Shown in pieces: positions 13,379 through 23,066 of a stretch of 64,000 nucleotides of DNA. Each line of letters begins with the position of its first letter. Position 1 is the stretch's first letter. Position numbers and translations under genes: made by a program. The notes below the pieces were generated by a model. That model was given only the letters and a program-made list of their open reading frames with translations, did no database searches and was not told the DNA's origin. The DNA is taken from NCBI RefSeq assembly GCF_058153355.1, contig NZ_CM177019.1; one strand, 5' to 3'.

Positions 13379-14632
13379 ATGTCGGGATCCAACACAGCAA
13401 TCAGCCGTCGTCGTTTACTGCAAGGCGCGGGTGCCATGTGGCTATTGAGCGTAAGTCAGGTCAGTCTGGCTGCGGTCAGCCAGGTCGTGGCGGTGCGCGT
13501 CTGGCCTGCGTCCAGCTACACCCGTGTGACGGTAGAATCTAATCGTCAGCTGAAATATAAGCAGTTCGCGTTGAGTAACCCTGAACGCGTGGTGGTGGAT
13601 ATCGAAGATGTAAACCTGAACTCAGTGCTCAAGGGGATGGCGGCACAAATTCGTGCTGATGACCCGTTCATCAAGTCGGCGCGCGTCGGGCAGTTTGACC
13701 CGCAAACCGTGCGGATGGTTTTTGAGTTAAAGCAAAACGTAAAACCGCAGCTGTTTGCCCTTGCTCCGGTCGCCGGGTTTAAAGAGCGTCTGGTGATGGA
13801 TCTCTATCCTGCCAATGCTCAGGACATGCAGGACCCGCTGCTGGCGCTGCTGGAGGATTACAATAAAGGCGATCTCGAAAAGCAGGTGCCGCCTGCGCAG
13901 AGTGGCCCGCAGCCAGGCAAAGCAGGGCGCGATCGTCCGATTGTCATTATGCTTGACCCTGGCCATGGCGGCGAAGACTCCGGTGCGGTGGGGAAATACA
14001 AAACGCGTGAAAAAGACGTGGTATTGCAAATTGCCCGCCGTTTGCGCTCTCTGATTGAGAAAGAGGGCAATATGAAAGTTTACATGACCCGTAATGAAGA
14101 CATCTTCATTCCGTTGCAAGTGCGCGTAGCAAAAGCACAGAAACAGCGTGCTGACTTGTTTGTCTCTATTCATGCCGATGCCTTTACCAGTCGCCAGCCG
14201 AGCGGTTCCTCTGTGTTTGCGCTCTCTACCAAAGGTGCAACCAGTACCGCGGCAAAATATCTGGCGCAAACTCAGAACGCCTCGGACTTGATTGGTGGCG
14301 TGAGTAAGAGCGGCGACCGTTATGTCGACCATACTATGTTCGATATGGTGCAGTCGCTGACCATTGCCGACAGTCTGAAGTTTGGTAAAGCTGTGTTGAA
14401 TAAGCTCGGTAAAATCAACAAGCTGCATAAAAATCAGGTTGAACAAGCCGGGTTTGCCGTGCTGAAAGCGCCTGATATACCCTCCATTTTGGTCGAAACG
14501 GCGTTTATCAGTAACGTTGAGGAAGAACGTAAACTGAAAACGGCAACCTTCCAGCAGGAAGTTGCGGAATCAATCCTCGCAGGGATAAAAGCGTATTTTG
14601 CCGATGGGGCGACGCTGGCGAGAAGGGGATAA
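13379..14632 (+). CDS. amiC: N-acetylmuramoyl-L-alanine amidase AmiC (Tat-exported)
   Basis: 417 aa from [20 protein letters not shown] (twin-arginine signal); AMIN domain and amidase_3 domain; divergent from argA. Confidence 0.93.
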
Positions 14633-14805
14633 TGTTTTTATTTATTCAATGAATTTATATTTCGTTGAATAGATAATATTTACCTGAATATTAGACGTTG
14701 GTTTTGTGACTGATGTCGAATATTTGAATGTCGGCTTGAAAAATAAGCCGACCATCTCTTTAATTAAGCACAATTCCGTGTAATGTATATGCATTAGTTA
14801 ATCAT

Positions 14806-14878
14806 CTTGTAACTGTTAAATCAGGCAAGGCAATGTTTGAAGTAATTATTACTTCTGACGTGCCTTGCCTTTTTTTTT
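14806..14878 (+). promoter_or_regulatory. RAT-like antiterminator target overlapping an intrinsic terminator, in the leader of the antiterminator gene
   Basis: cttGTAACTGttaaatCAGGCAAGGCA resembles the RAT consensus GGATTGTTACTG...GCAGGCAAAACC; stem caggcaaggca / tgccttgcc with nested palindrome gaagtaat-t-attacttc, followed by a run of 9 T. Confidence 0.6.
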
Positions 14879-14889
14879 GGAGCTATGGA

Positions 14890-15714
14890 ATGATCATCGA
14901 AAAAGTCATGAACAATAATTGTGTACAGGCATCGATGAATGGACAGGAGGTTATCATTTCTGGGCCTGGCGTCGGTTACAACAAAAAATATGGAATGTCG
15001 GTCCCTGAGCATCCGGCTAACCGGATTTTTTATGTCAGAAATGAACAAAAAAATAAACTCTACAAATTGATTGAACATGTGGATATTGAGTATGTTTTTG
15101 TTGCCGAAAAAATAGTGCAATATGCGGAGAACAATCTCGAAAAAAATCTCAATCCATCGCTACTATTGATTCTTGCTGATCATATTTCGAATGCAATATC
15201 CCGAGTCGCTTCAGGCATACAAATTAATAATGTTTTCCTTGATGAAATCAAAGCGTTGTACAAAGCAGAGTATGCGATAAGTCGCGATGCATTAACTATC
15301 ATTAATGAGCAATTCAGCGTTCAACTTCCTGATGATGAGATTGGTTTTATAGCATTGCATATTTTAAATAATTATGAAAATTCAGTTGATTATGAATCAG
15401 TACGGATTATTGAGTTGTCGCAAATAATCACGGGGCTTATTGAAGTTGTTTATAACAGAAAGGTGGACAGAAGTTCATTTAATTATTCCAGGTTCATGAT
15501 ACACCTTAAATATTTTTCAAGTCGCGTATTATGCAATGAAAAAATAAAACAGAAAGATATTGGTGATCTCTATGAACAGTTTCTTGAGAAAGACATTCTG
15601 TTACAGCGCGCAATTCATGAAATTGAAAGGTATTTGTACGCCACTTTTAAATATGAATTGATTTTGGAAGAAAAACTATATCTCTCTATTCGCACCAAAG
15701 TATTAATGGACTAA
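14890..15714 (+). CDS. BglG/LicT/SacY-family transcription antiterminator (CAT RNA-binding domain plus two PRD domains)
   Basis: 274 aa from MIIEKVMNNNCVQASMNGQEVIISGPGVGY (typical CAT N-terminus); RBS GGAG about 10 nt upstream; ORF track start at 14833 lies inside the leader hairpin. Confidence 0.85.
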   Translation: MIIEKVMNNNCVQASMNGQEVIISGPGVGYNKKYGMSVPEHPANRIFYVRNEQKNKLYKLIEHVDIEYVFVAEKIVQYAENNLEKNLNPSLLLILADHISNAISRVASGIQINNVFLDEIKALYKAEYAISRDALTIINEQFSVQLPDDEIGFIALHILNNYENSVDYESVRIIELSQIITGLIEVVYNRKVDRSSFNYSRFMIHLKYFSSRVLCNEKIKQKDIGDLYEQFLEKDILLQRAIHEIERYLYATFKYELILEEKLYLSIRTKVLMD

Positions 15715-15745
15715 TTATATATAACATTTATATGAGATAACCCGC

Positions 15746-17326
15746 ATGAAACAAAAGAAAGCCTGGAGTTTTTTTCAGAGCCTGGGAAAGGCATTTATGT
15801 ATCCCATCGCTCTGCTAAGTGTATGTGGCATGATGTTAGGGCTAGGAAGTGGTTTAGCCAGCGATGATATGGCAAAATTAATTCCACTACTGGCTATTCC
15901 CGTAATTAAAACCATTCTTGATTTTATTGTTAGCCTTGGTTTGTTTGCCTTTGTCAATTTACCTGTATTGTTTGCGATAGCTATACCTCTGGGGTTATTA
16001 AAAGAGAAAGAGGATAAAGCCTATGGCGCTTTTTCTGGCTTAATTGGTTTCATGGCGATGCATCTGGGAACGAACTTTTATCTTAAACAACATGACTTAT
16101 TGGTCGCTGCTGATCAAATGTCGACACATGGGCAAACCATTATTCTGGGAATCCAGTCCTACAATACCAGTGTGTTGGGTGGGATTATAGCAGGATTATT
16201 AGTCGCCAGTATGTATAAAAAGATCGTTAACTTACGTATTCCTGAATCATTAGGATTTTATAGTGGCCCACGCCTGGTGCCTATTATTACACTGATTGTG
16301 ATGAGCGGATTTGGTCTGATCATCCCTTTTATCTGGCCGCCATTTTTCAATCTTTTCATGCTCATTGGCCACTGGATTTCAACTTCCGGTCCTGTTGGCT
16401 ATTTTTTCTATGCAGTCGCCGAACGCGTGACGATACCTTTTGGTTTAAATCACCTGGTGACGTCAGTTTTCCGCTTTACCCCCATCGGCGGATCGGCAGT
16501 GATCGGCGGAGAAGAGTATTATGGCACCCTGAACATGTTTATGGCGTACGTCAAAGAGAATGCGGTCATTCCGCTGGATTTGGCGGGGAAAATGGAACAG
16601 GGCAAACTGATGATTCAGTATGGTCTGGCTGGTGCCGCGCTGGCGATGTATCGCACTGCTCATGCTCAAAACAGAAAAGCTATCAAAGCATTGCTTATTT
16701 CCGGGGTGCTTACAGTCATTATTGGCGGCGTCAGCGAACCGATTGAGTTTCTGTTCTTATTTGTCAGTCCACTGCTATTTGTCTTCCATGCTTTTATGAA
16801 TGGATTCGCCAACATGGTCTTGCCATATATGGGCGTGAAGATGGGATTTACTGGCGATCTGATTCAATTTATTAGCTTTGGCGTATTGCGTGGCACAAGA
16901 ACAGGTTGGCCAATAGCGGTGTGTGTCGAAGTGGCCTATTTCTTTATTTATTACTTTGTGTTCCGTTGGACTATTCTCAAATTTAACCTGATGACGGTAG
17001 GCCGTGAAGAGTCCAGTCCTGTCACGCTGAACGCTCATGAGGATACGGCTATAGCGGATATCCCAACGCTTGATAAATCAGAGCTGCAAGCAGCGGAGCA
17101 GATGGTTAAGGCACTTGGTGGTAAAGAGAATATTAAATCCCTGGATAATTGCGTAACTCGTTTACGTTTAACAATCGCAGATATGGGATTGATTGACGAG
17201 GCAGCAATAAAAAGAGCTGGCGGAATTGCGGTTGTTAAACTTGATCAAAATACCCTACAAGTCATTATCGGTACTAAAGTCATCGCCTTGCGTCGGGATA
17301 TGGATAACTACATGGGGATATGCTGA
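15746..17326 (+). CDS. PTS glucose-family EIICB component, MalX-like, no EIIA domain
   Basis: 526 aa; multi-pass EIIC; C-terminal EIIB with phosphorylatable Cys in LDNCVTRLRL; several blocks resemble E. coli MalX as recalled. Confidence 0.88.
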   Translation: MKQKKAWSFFQSLGKAFMYPIALLSVCGMMLGLGSGLASDDMAKLIPLLAIPVIKTILDFIVSLGLFAFVNLPVLFAIAIPLGLLKEKEDKAYGAFSGLIGFMAMHLGTNFYLKQHDLLVAADQMSTHGQTIILGIQSYNTSVLGGIIAGLLVASMYKKIVNLRIPESLGFYSGPRLVPIITLIVMSGFGLIIPFIWPPFFNLFMLIGHWISTSGPVGYFFYAVAERVTIPFGLNHLVTSVFRFTPIGGSAVIGGEEYYGTLNMFMAYVKENAVIPLDLAGKMEQGKLMIQYGLAGAALAMYRTAHAQNRKAIKALLISGVLTVIIGGVSEPIEFLFLFVSPLLFVFHAFMNGFANMVLPYMGVKMGFTGDLIQFISFGVLRGTRTGWPIAVCVEVAYFFIYYFVFRWTILKFNLMTVGREESSPVTLNAHEDTAIADIPTLDKSELQAAEQMVKALGGKENIKSLDNCVTRLRLTIADMGLIDEAAIKRAGGIAVVKLDQNTLQVIIGTKVIALRRDMDNYMGIC

Positions 17327-18501
17327 TGGATGTTTTTAATACTCCTATTTCCCGCAAAGGAACATATTGTACCCAATGGGACTTTTGCGAGGACAGATTT
17401 GGTGTAAAAGATGTATTACCATTCTCTATTTCAGATATGGATCTTCCGATACCGGAAGCTATCATCAGGGCATTAAGAAAACGTCTGGAACACCCGATTT
17501 TAGGGTACAGCCGTTGGCAGCATGATGACTATCTGAATGCGATAGTCAATTGGTATCATCAACAATATAAAACTGAAATCAAACCAGAATGGATCACCTA
17601 TAGCCCAAGCGTGATGTACTCCATTGCTAAAGCAATAGAGTTATTGACATCGCATGGTGATAATATTCTCGTTTTTACACCTGTCTATAATGCATTTTTT
17701 GATATAATTAAACATAGCGAGAGAAATATTCTGACAGCCTCTTTGATTATAAAAAATGAGGGGGGCTACGCTATCAATTGGCAAGATTTTGATCTTAAGA
17801 TTCAAAGCGCAAAGATGGTGTTATTATGTAATCCTCATAACCCGACAGGAACCGTCTGGTCGGAAGAAGAGCTGCATAAAATCGCTGCAAGCTGTGCAAG
17901 ACATAATGTCTGGTTATGTTCAGATGAAATTCACAGTGATTTTGTTTTTAATCGTAGCTTTACATCTGCGCTTAAAATAAAAAAAGAAAAAGTAGTGGTG
18001 TTTAATTCGATATCGAAGACATTTAATGTTCCTGCGCTAACAGGATCGTATATGATTTCAACTGACGATAATTTTAATCATAAGTTCAGAACGATATCAA
18101 GATATCGCGATTTTGTAAACTCCCCATCCGTACTGAATATAATTGCAACTATTATTGCCTATAACGAATGTGAGGGATGGTTAACGTCATTAAAGGCACA
18201 TATTGCCTCTAACATTCAATTCACCCAGCAGTATCTGAACGAAAATACTCCAGAATTGATCGTAAGGCCAGCTGATGGTTGCTATTTTTCGTGGATAGAT
18301 TGCTCTGCTATTGGTTATCCCTTTGATGAATTCTACAGTCGATTAATTCATGAAGGCAAAGTGGGCATTATGGCGGGGAATGTCTATGGAACGGAGGGGG
18401 AGGGCTACCTTCGTCTGAACCTGGCCTGCGGTCGAGAAAAATTATATATGGGGCTTACGCGTCTTGCGAGTGTAATTAAAAATATTAATCAAGGAAAATA
18501 A
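17326..18501 (+). CDS. PLP-dependent C-S lyase of the MalY/PatB family (class I/II aminotransferase fold); alternative start 17320
   Basis: GTYCTQWDF motif near the N-terminus and SISKTFNVPALTGSY with the PLP lysine, both parallel to MalY as recalled; ATG overlaps the PTS stop (TGATG), suggesting translational coupling. Confidence 0.85.
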   Translation: MDVFNTPISRKGTYCTQWDFCEDRFGVKDVLPFSISDMDLPIPEAIIRALRKRLEHPILGYSRWQHDDYLNAIVNWYHQQYKTEIKPEWITYSPSVMYSIAKAIELLTSHGDNILVFTPVYNAFFDIIKHSERNILTASLIIKNEGGYAINWQDFDLKIQSAKMVLLCNPHNPTGTVWSEEELHKIAASCARHNVWLCSDEIHSDFVFNRSFTSALKIKKEKVVVFNSISKTFNVPALTGSYMISTDDNFNHKFRTISRYRDFVNSPSVLNIIATIIAYNECEGWLTSLKAHIASNIQFTQQYLNENTPELIVRPADGCYFSWIDCSAIGYPFDEFYSRLIHEGKVGIMAGNVYGTEGEGYLRLNLACGREKLYMGLTRLASVIKNINQGK

Positions 18502-18503
18502 AA

Positions 18504-19100
18504 ATGAACAGCACGGATCTTATCCATCTCATTAAACATTTTATGCGTAACGAACATAAAGCAGTTGAAGAAGTTATTGATTCTCCCCTTTCGGAGGTCG
18601 CAAATTTAATTAAAGTATTACAGTCTTGTCAGGGGAAAGTTGTTTTTATTGGTGTCGGTAAGTCCGGTATTATTGCCCGAAAACTCGCCGCAACATTTGC
18701 CAGCACTGGAACTCCCTCGTTTTTTGTTCACGGTACTGAAGCCGTACACGGCGATCTTGGGATGGTGGCGAAAGATGATGTTGTTATTCTTATTTCAAAC
18801 AGTGGTGAGACGACAGAAATCCTGGCAACACTACCTAGTCTGAAAAAAATGGGTAATTATTTGATCTCCTTTACCCGCAGTCATCGCTCATCGCTTGCGA
18901 TAAGTTGTGATTTATCCGTTGAAATTCCCGTAAAAAGTGAGGCGGATAATTTAGGTTTAGCGCCGTCATGCTCATCAACAGTCGTTCTGGTTGTTGGTGA
19001 TGCGGTGGCGCTTGCGCTCTCCGAATTGAAAAAGTTTACTCGTGCTGATTTCGGCTTATATCATCCAGGAGGTGCGCTCGGTATTAAAGCAAACTCATAA
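18504..19100 (+). CDS. Stand-alone SIS-domain sugar-phosphate isomerase, similar to the KpsF/GutQ catalytic domain, without CBS domains
   Basis: 198 aa; motifs VVFIGVGKSGIIARKLAATFASTGTPSFFVH and ILISNSGET resemble the SIS domain of arabinose-5-phosphate isomerases; starts 2 bp after the lyase stop with RBS AAGGAAAA. Confidence 0.8.
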   Translation: MNSTDLIHLIKHFMRNEHKAVEEVIDSPLSEVANLIKVLQSCQGKVVFIGVGKSGIIARKLAATFASTGTPSFFVHGTEAVHGDLGMVAKDDVVILISNSGETTEILATLPSLKKMGNYLISFTRSHRSSLAISCDLSVEIPVKSEADNLGLAPSCSSTVVLVVGDAVALALSELKKFTRADFGLYHPGGALGIKANS

Positions 19101-19170
19101 TTTTAGAATATAAAACAGTAACCGGTCACGCCATCTTTTGGGGTGGCGTTCATTGATGTGAGTGTCAGCT

Positions 19171-20118
19171 ATGAAAAACGTTCTGGTCACCGTTCCCAGC
19201 TTTTCAGCGCGTTGTGTTTCTGCCAGCAAGCTGCTAAGAGAAAATCATTTTAACCTTATTATCAAGAATAATGTGGAGCATCTGGTTAAATCAGAATCCA
19301 CAGTATTACGAGAATCTATTTGCGCAGTCATTGCCGGAAAAGATTGTTATCAAGCGGATACGTTATCGCGACTACCAGGAGTGAAAATAATATCGAGATT
19401 CGGGACAGGGATTGATAATATTGATCTTCATACGGCTCGACAATCAGGTATTGTGGTCAATAATGCTGTTGGGATTAATTCAAATGCAGTCGCGGAATTT
19501 ATCATTGGTCTTATTTTTGCGAGCATGAGAAATATCCCCGGTAGCTATCATGCAATGCAAAATGGTTATTGGGGCGAGTCGCATGGCTGCGAGTTACAAG
19601 GTAAACGTATTGGCCTGCTTGGCTATGGCAATATTGGCAAAACACTGGCGAAAAGGTTATCTGGTTTTGATGTTGAGCTTTTAGCTTTTGACAAACAACC
19701 CGATTTCCAGGCCGCAGGCAAAGATGGAGTTCAGTTCGTATCAATTGAAGATATCTTTATGCAGTCTCATGTCATCATCGTTCTTTTGCCATTTTCTCCG
19801 GAGCTGGAGAACTTCATTAGTCATAAATATTTGTCGATGATGCGCAATGGTGCTCTTATCATCAACGCCGCAAGGGGAAAGTTGCTGGATGAGGGTGCTT
19901 TACTTCAGGTAATTGAAGAACGAAATGTTTTTGCAGCACTGGATGTGTTTAGCTCTGAACCGCTAGCGCAATTTAGCCCATTGCTACATGCCAGGAATAT
20001 CATTACAACGCCGCATATTGCGGCCGCCACCGTTGAGTCATACCAGCAAACCGGGATATACGTTGCCAGGTCGATAATAGATTTCTTTGCAGGAAGGGAG
20101 ATAAAAAACGTGCTGTGA
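19171..20118 (+). CDS. D-isomer-specific 2-hydroxyacid dehydrogenase family protein (NAD-binding)
   Basis: Rossmann motif GLLGYGNIGKTLAKRL; family hallmarks of catalytic Arg, Glu and His appear present; ORF track offers a GTG start at 19162. Confidence 0.8.
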   Translation: MKNVLVTVPSFSARCVSASKLLRENHFNLIIKNNVEHLVKSESTVLRESICAVIAGKDCYQADTLSRLPGVKIISRFGTGIDNIDLHTARQSGIVVNNAVGINSNAVAEFIIGLIFASMRNIPGSYHAMQNGYWGESHGCELQGKRIGLLGYGNIGKTLAKRLSGFDVELLAFDKQPDFQAAGKDGVQFVSIEDIFMQSHVIIVLLPFSPELENFISHKYLSMMRNGALIINAARGKLLDEGALLQVIEERNVFAALDVFSSEPLAQFSPLLHARNIITTPHIAAATVESYQQTGIYVARSIIDFFAGREIKNVL

Positions 20119-20143
20119 GGTCAGCTAAGGAAGATTTCAGGTA

Positions 20144-20177
20144 CAAAAAAACCGCAATCTGTGAAACACATTGCGGT
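20144..20177 (-). terminator. Intrinsic terminator of the tRNA-fMet operon; also the right boundary of the accessory cassette
   Basis: Hairpin accgcaat...attgcggt with a run of 7 T on the minus strand. Confidence 0.7.
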
Positions 20178-20196
20178 TTATCAGCATCATAAGTGT

Positions 20197-20273
<77 letters not shown>

Positions 20274-20316
20274 TCACCGTACTGCTTTACTTCATCAAAT
20301 TTTGATTGGTTGCGGG

Positions 20317-20393
<77 letters not shown>

Positions 20394-20591
20394 CGCACTA
20401 TACTCCGCTCGCGTTTTCATGCAACCTTTTTTTTACCCGGATCACGGATTTGGCATGATTTTGAGCAAAAACAAATCACTAAAGCCTGTTTTTTGTGCAA
20501 AATTTGCGTCAGGGAGAGGCTGCTCATTTCATTAAACGCGGCGGTTTGTTATCTTCATTGCGCCTTATTTTTTAAACTGAAGAAGAGAACA

Positions 20592-21689
20592 ATGAAAGGA
20601 CGTTGGGTAAAGTACCTTCTTATGGGCACGGTTGTGGCAATGCTTGCCGCCTGCTCTTCCAAACCAACCGATCGCGGACAGCAATATAAAGACGGGAAAT
20701 TTACCCAGCCTTTCTCTCTGGTAAACCAGCCAGATGCCGTTGGCGCGCCAATTAACGCCGGTGATTTTGCCGAGCAAATTAACCATATCCGTACTTCGTC
20801 ACCGCGTCTGTATGGCAACCAGAGTAATGTTTATAATGCGGTGCAGGAGTGGCTACGCGCAGGCGGTGATACCCGCAATATGCGTCAGTTCGGCATTGAC
20901 GCCTGGCAGATGGAAGGTGCCGACAACTATGGCAACGTGCAGTTTACGGGCTATTACACGCCTGTCATTCAGGCGCGCCATACCCGTCAGGGCGAGTTCC
21001 AGTATCCTATTTACCGTATGCCGCCAAAACGTGGTCGTCTGCCGTCTCGTGCGGAGATCTACGCGGGAGCATTGAGCGATAAATACATCCTCGCTTACAG
21101 CAACTCTCTGATGGATAACTTCATTATGGATGTGCAGGGTAGCGGGTATATCGATTTTGGTGATGGCAGTCCGCTTAACTTCTTCAGCTATGCCGGAAAG
21201 AATGGTCATGCCTATCGCAGTATTGGTAAGGTGCTGATTGACCGTGGCGAAGTGAAAAAAGAAGATATGTCGATGCAGGCGATTCGTCACTGGGGTGAAA
21301 CACACAGTGAAGCCGAGGTTCGCGAGCTGCTGGAACAGAACCCGTCTTTCGTCTTCTTTAAACCGCAATCTTTTGCTCCGGTGAAAGGGGCAAGTGCGGT
21401 GCCGCTGGTTGGTCGCGCTTCAGTTGCGTCCGATCGTTCCATTATCCCGCCTGGTACAACCTTACTGGCAGAAGTGCCGCTGCTGGATAATAACGGCAAA
21501 TTTAACGGTCAGTACGAACTGCGGCTGATGGTGGCGCTGGATGTCGGTGGTGCAATCAAAGGCCAACACTTCGATATTTATCAAGGTATCGGGCCGGAAG
21601 CCGGACACCGCGCAGGTTGGTACAACCACTATGGACGTGTTTGGGTGCTGAAAACCGCCCCGGGCGCAGGTAACGTCTTTAGCGGCTGA
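20592..21689 (+). CDS. mltA: Membrane-bound lytic murein transglycosylase A (lipoprotein)
   Basis: 365 aa from MKGRWVKYLLMGTVVAMLAACSS (lipobox); the longer ORF from 20310 runs through the tRNA genes and is spurious. Confidence 0.92.
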   Translation: MKGRWVKYLLMGTVVAMLAACSSKPTDRGQQYKDGKFTQPFSLVNQPDAVGAPINAGDFAEQINHIRTSSPRLYGNQSNVYNAVQEWLRAGGDTRNMRQFGIDAWQMEGADNYGNVQFTGYYTPVIQARHTRQGEFQYPIYRMPPKRGRLPSRAEIYAGALSDKYILAYSNSLMDNFIMDVQGSGYIDFGDGSPLNFFSYAGKNGHAYRSIGKVLIDRGEVKKEDMSMQAIRHWGETHSEAEVRELLEQNPSFVFFKPQSFAPVKGASAVPLVGRASVASDRSIIPPGTTLLAEVPLLDNNGKFNGQYELRLMVALDVGGAIKGQHFDIYQGIGPEAGHRAGWYNHYGRVWVLKTAPGAGNVFSG

Positions 21690-21765
21690 TGTGTTATTCT
21701 GTATACCGTTTTGACGGATACGACAGGGTGAGGGATAACCTCGCCCTTTTTAATTCTGAGGTGCT

Positions 21766-22572
21766 ATGTCTGTGGTAATTAGTGATGCATGGCGTCAGCG
21801 TTTTGGTGGCACTGCGCGTCTGTATGGTGAAAAAGCGTTGCAACTGTTTGCTGATGCGCATATTTGTGTGGTCGGTATCGGTGGCGTTGGTTCCTGGGCG
21901 GCGGAAGCGCTGGCGCGCACGGGTATTGGCGCAATCACACTTATCGATATGGATGATGTGTGCGTCACTAATACCAATCGGCAAATTCACGCGCTGCGAG
22001 ATAACGTCGGGCTGGCCAAAGCGGAAGTCATGGCCGAACGTATTCGCCAGATTAACCCGGAGTGCCGTGTAACGGTGGTGGATGACTTCGTGACGCCGGA
22101 TAACGTAGCGCAATATATGAGTGCCGGTTATTCGTACGTGATTGATGCCATTGATAGTGTGCGACCCAAAGCGGCGCTGATTGCTTATTGTCGGCGCAAC
22201 AAAATCCCTCTGGTCACGACTGGTGGTGCTGGTGGGCAGATTGATCCGACGCAGATTCAGGTTACCGATCTGGCGAAAACGATTCAGGACCCGCTGGCGG
22301 CGAAGTTGCGCGAGCGCCTGAAAAGCGATTTTGGCGTAGTGAAAAACAGCAAAGGTAAGCTTGGCGTGGATTGCGTGTTCTCTACCGAAGCGCTGGTGTA
22401 CCCGCAGTCAGACGGTACGGTGTGCGCGATGAAAGCCACGGCAGAAGGGCCGAAGCGGATGGATTGTGCATCTGGATTTGGTGCGGCGACGATGGTGACC
22501 GCCACCTTTGGTTTTGTTGCGGTTTCTCATGCGTTGAAGAAGATGATGGCGAAAGCGGCGCGTCAGGGGTAA
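21766..22572 (+). CDS. tcdA: tRNA threonylcarbamoyladenosine dehydratase (ThiF/MoeB-like E1 fold)
   Basis: 268 aa; nucleotide-binding motif VVGIGGVGSW; convergent with csdE. Confidence 0.9.
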   Translation: MSVVISDAWRQRFGGTARLYGEKALQLFADAHICVVGIGGVGSWAAEALARTGIGAITLIDMDDVCVTNTNRQIHALRDNVGLAKAEVMAERIRQINPECRVTVVDDFVTPDNVAQYMSAGYSYVIDAIDSVRPKAALIAYCRRNKIPLVTTGGAGGQIDPTQIQVTDLAKTIQDPLAAKLRERLKSDFGVVKNSKGKLGVDCVFSTEALVYPQSDGTVCAMKATAEGPKRMDCASGFGAATMVTATFGFVAVSHALKKMMAKAARQG

Positions 22573-22578
22573 ACAATC

Positions 22579-22613
22579 AGGTCGGATGCGACGCGAACGT
22601 CTTATCCGACCTG
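22579..22613. repeat. REP palindromic element between tcdA and csdE
   Basis: caggtcggatgcgacgcgaacgtcttatccgacctgg. Confidence 0.5.
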
Positions 22614-22622
22614 GTTTTGTGC

Positions 22623-23066
22623 TTAACCCTGCTTTGCCGCCGCGATAATCGCCTCGCTTAACGCATTCAACCCCTGACTGCGAGAGGCGCTAAGTTGCGC
22701 ACGCAATCCCAGCTCATCAAACAATGCCAGCGGCGACTGTGCTTGCAATTCGGCGGCGGTTTTCCCCTCAACGGCAGTCAACAACACCGCCAGCAGGCCG
22801 CGCACAATGCGTCCTTCGCTGTCGCCAAAGAAATGCATCGTGCCGTTTTCAGCCACGGTATACCCCAGCCAGACGCGGTTTTCGCATCCGGCAATCTCTT
22901 TAGCCTGCGCTTTTAACTCGTCTGGCAAAGCTGGAAGCTGTTTCCCCAACATAATTAGCTGACGATATTTGTCTTCCCATTGAGTCAACGGCGCGAAAGT
23001 TTCGTGTAACGTCTTTACGGTAACGGTTGTGCCGAACGGGTGTCCGGCGTATTGCTGGTTCGTCAT
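22623..23066 (-). CDS. csdE: Sulfur acceptor protein CsdE (SufE-like)
   Basis: 147 aa; start overlaps the csdA stop. Confidence 0.9.
   Translation of the reverse strand: MTNQQYAGHPFGTTVTVKTLHETFAPLTQWEDKYRQLIMLGKQLPALPDELKAQAKEIAGCENRVWLGYTVAENGTMHFFGDSEGRIVRGLLAVLLTAVEGKTAAELQAQSPLALFDELGLRAQLSASRSQGLNALSEAIIAAAKQG

Noticed and set aside
13727-14446. 239-aa minus-strand ORF inside amiC
   Set aside because: Antisense shadow ORF; amiC on the plus strand is fully supported.
14833-14889. Upstream ATG start for the antiterminator (293-aa version)
   Set aside because: The first 19 codons fall within the RAT and terminator hairpin and lack an RBS; the downstream ATG at 14890 has a GGAG RBS and yields the canonical CAT-domain N-terminus.
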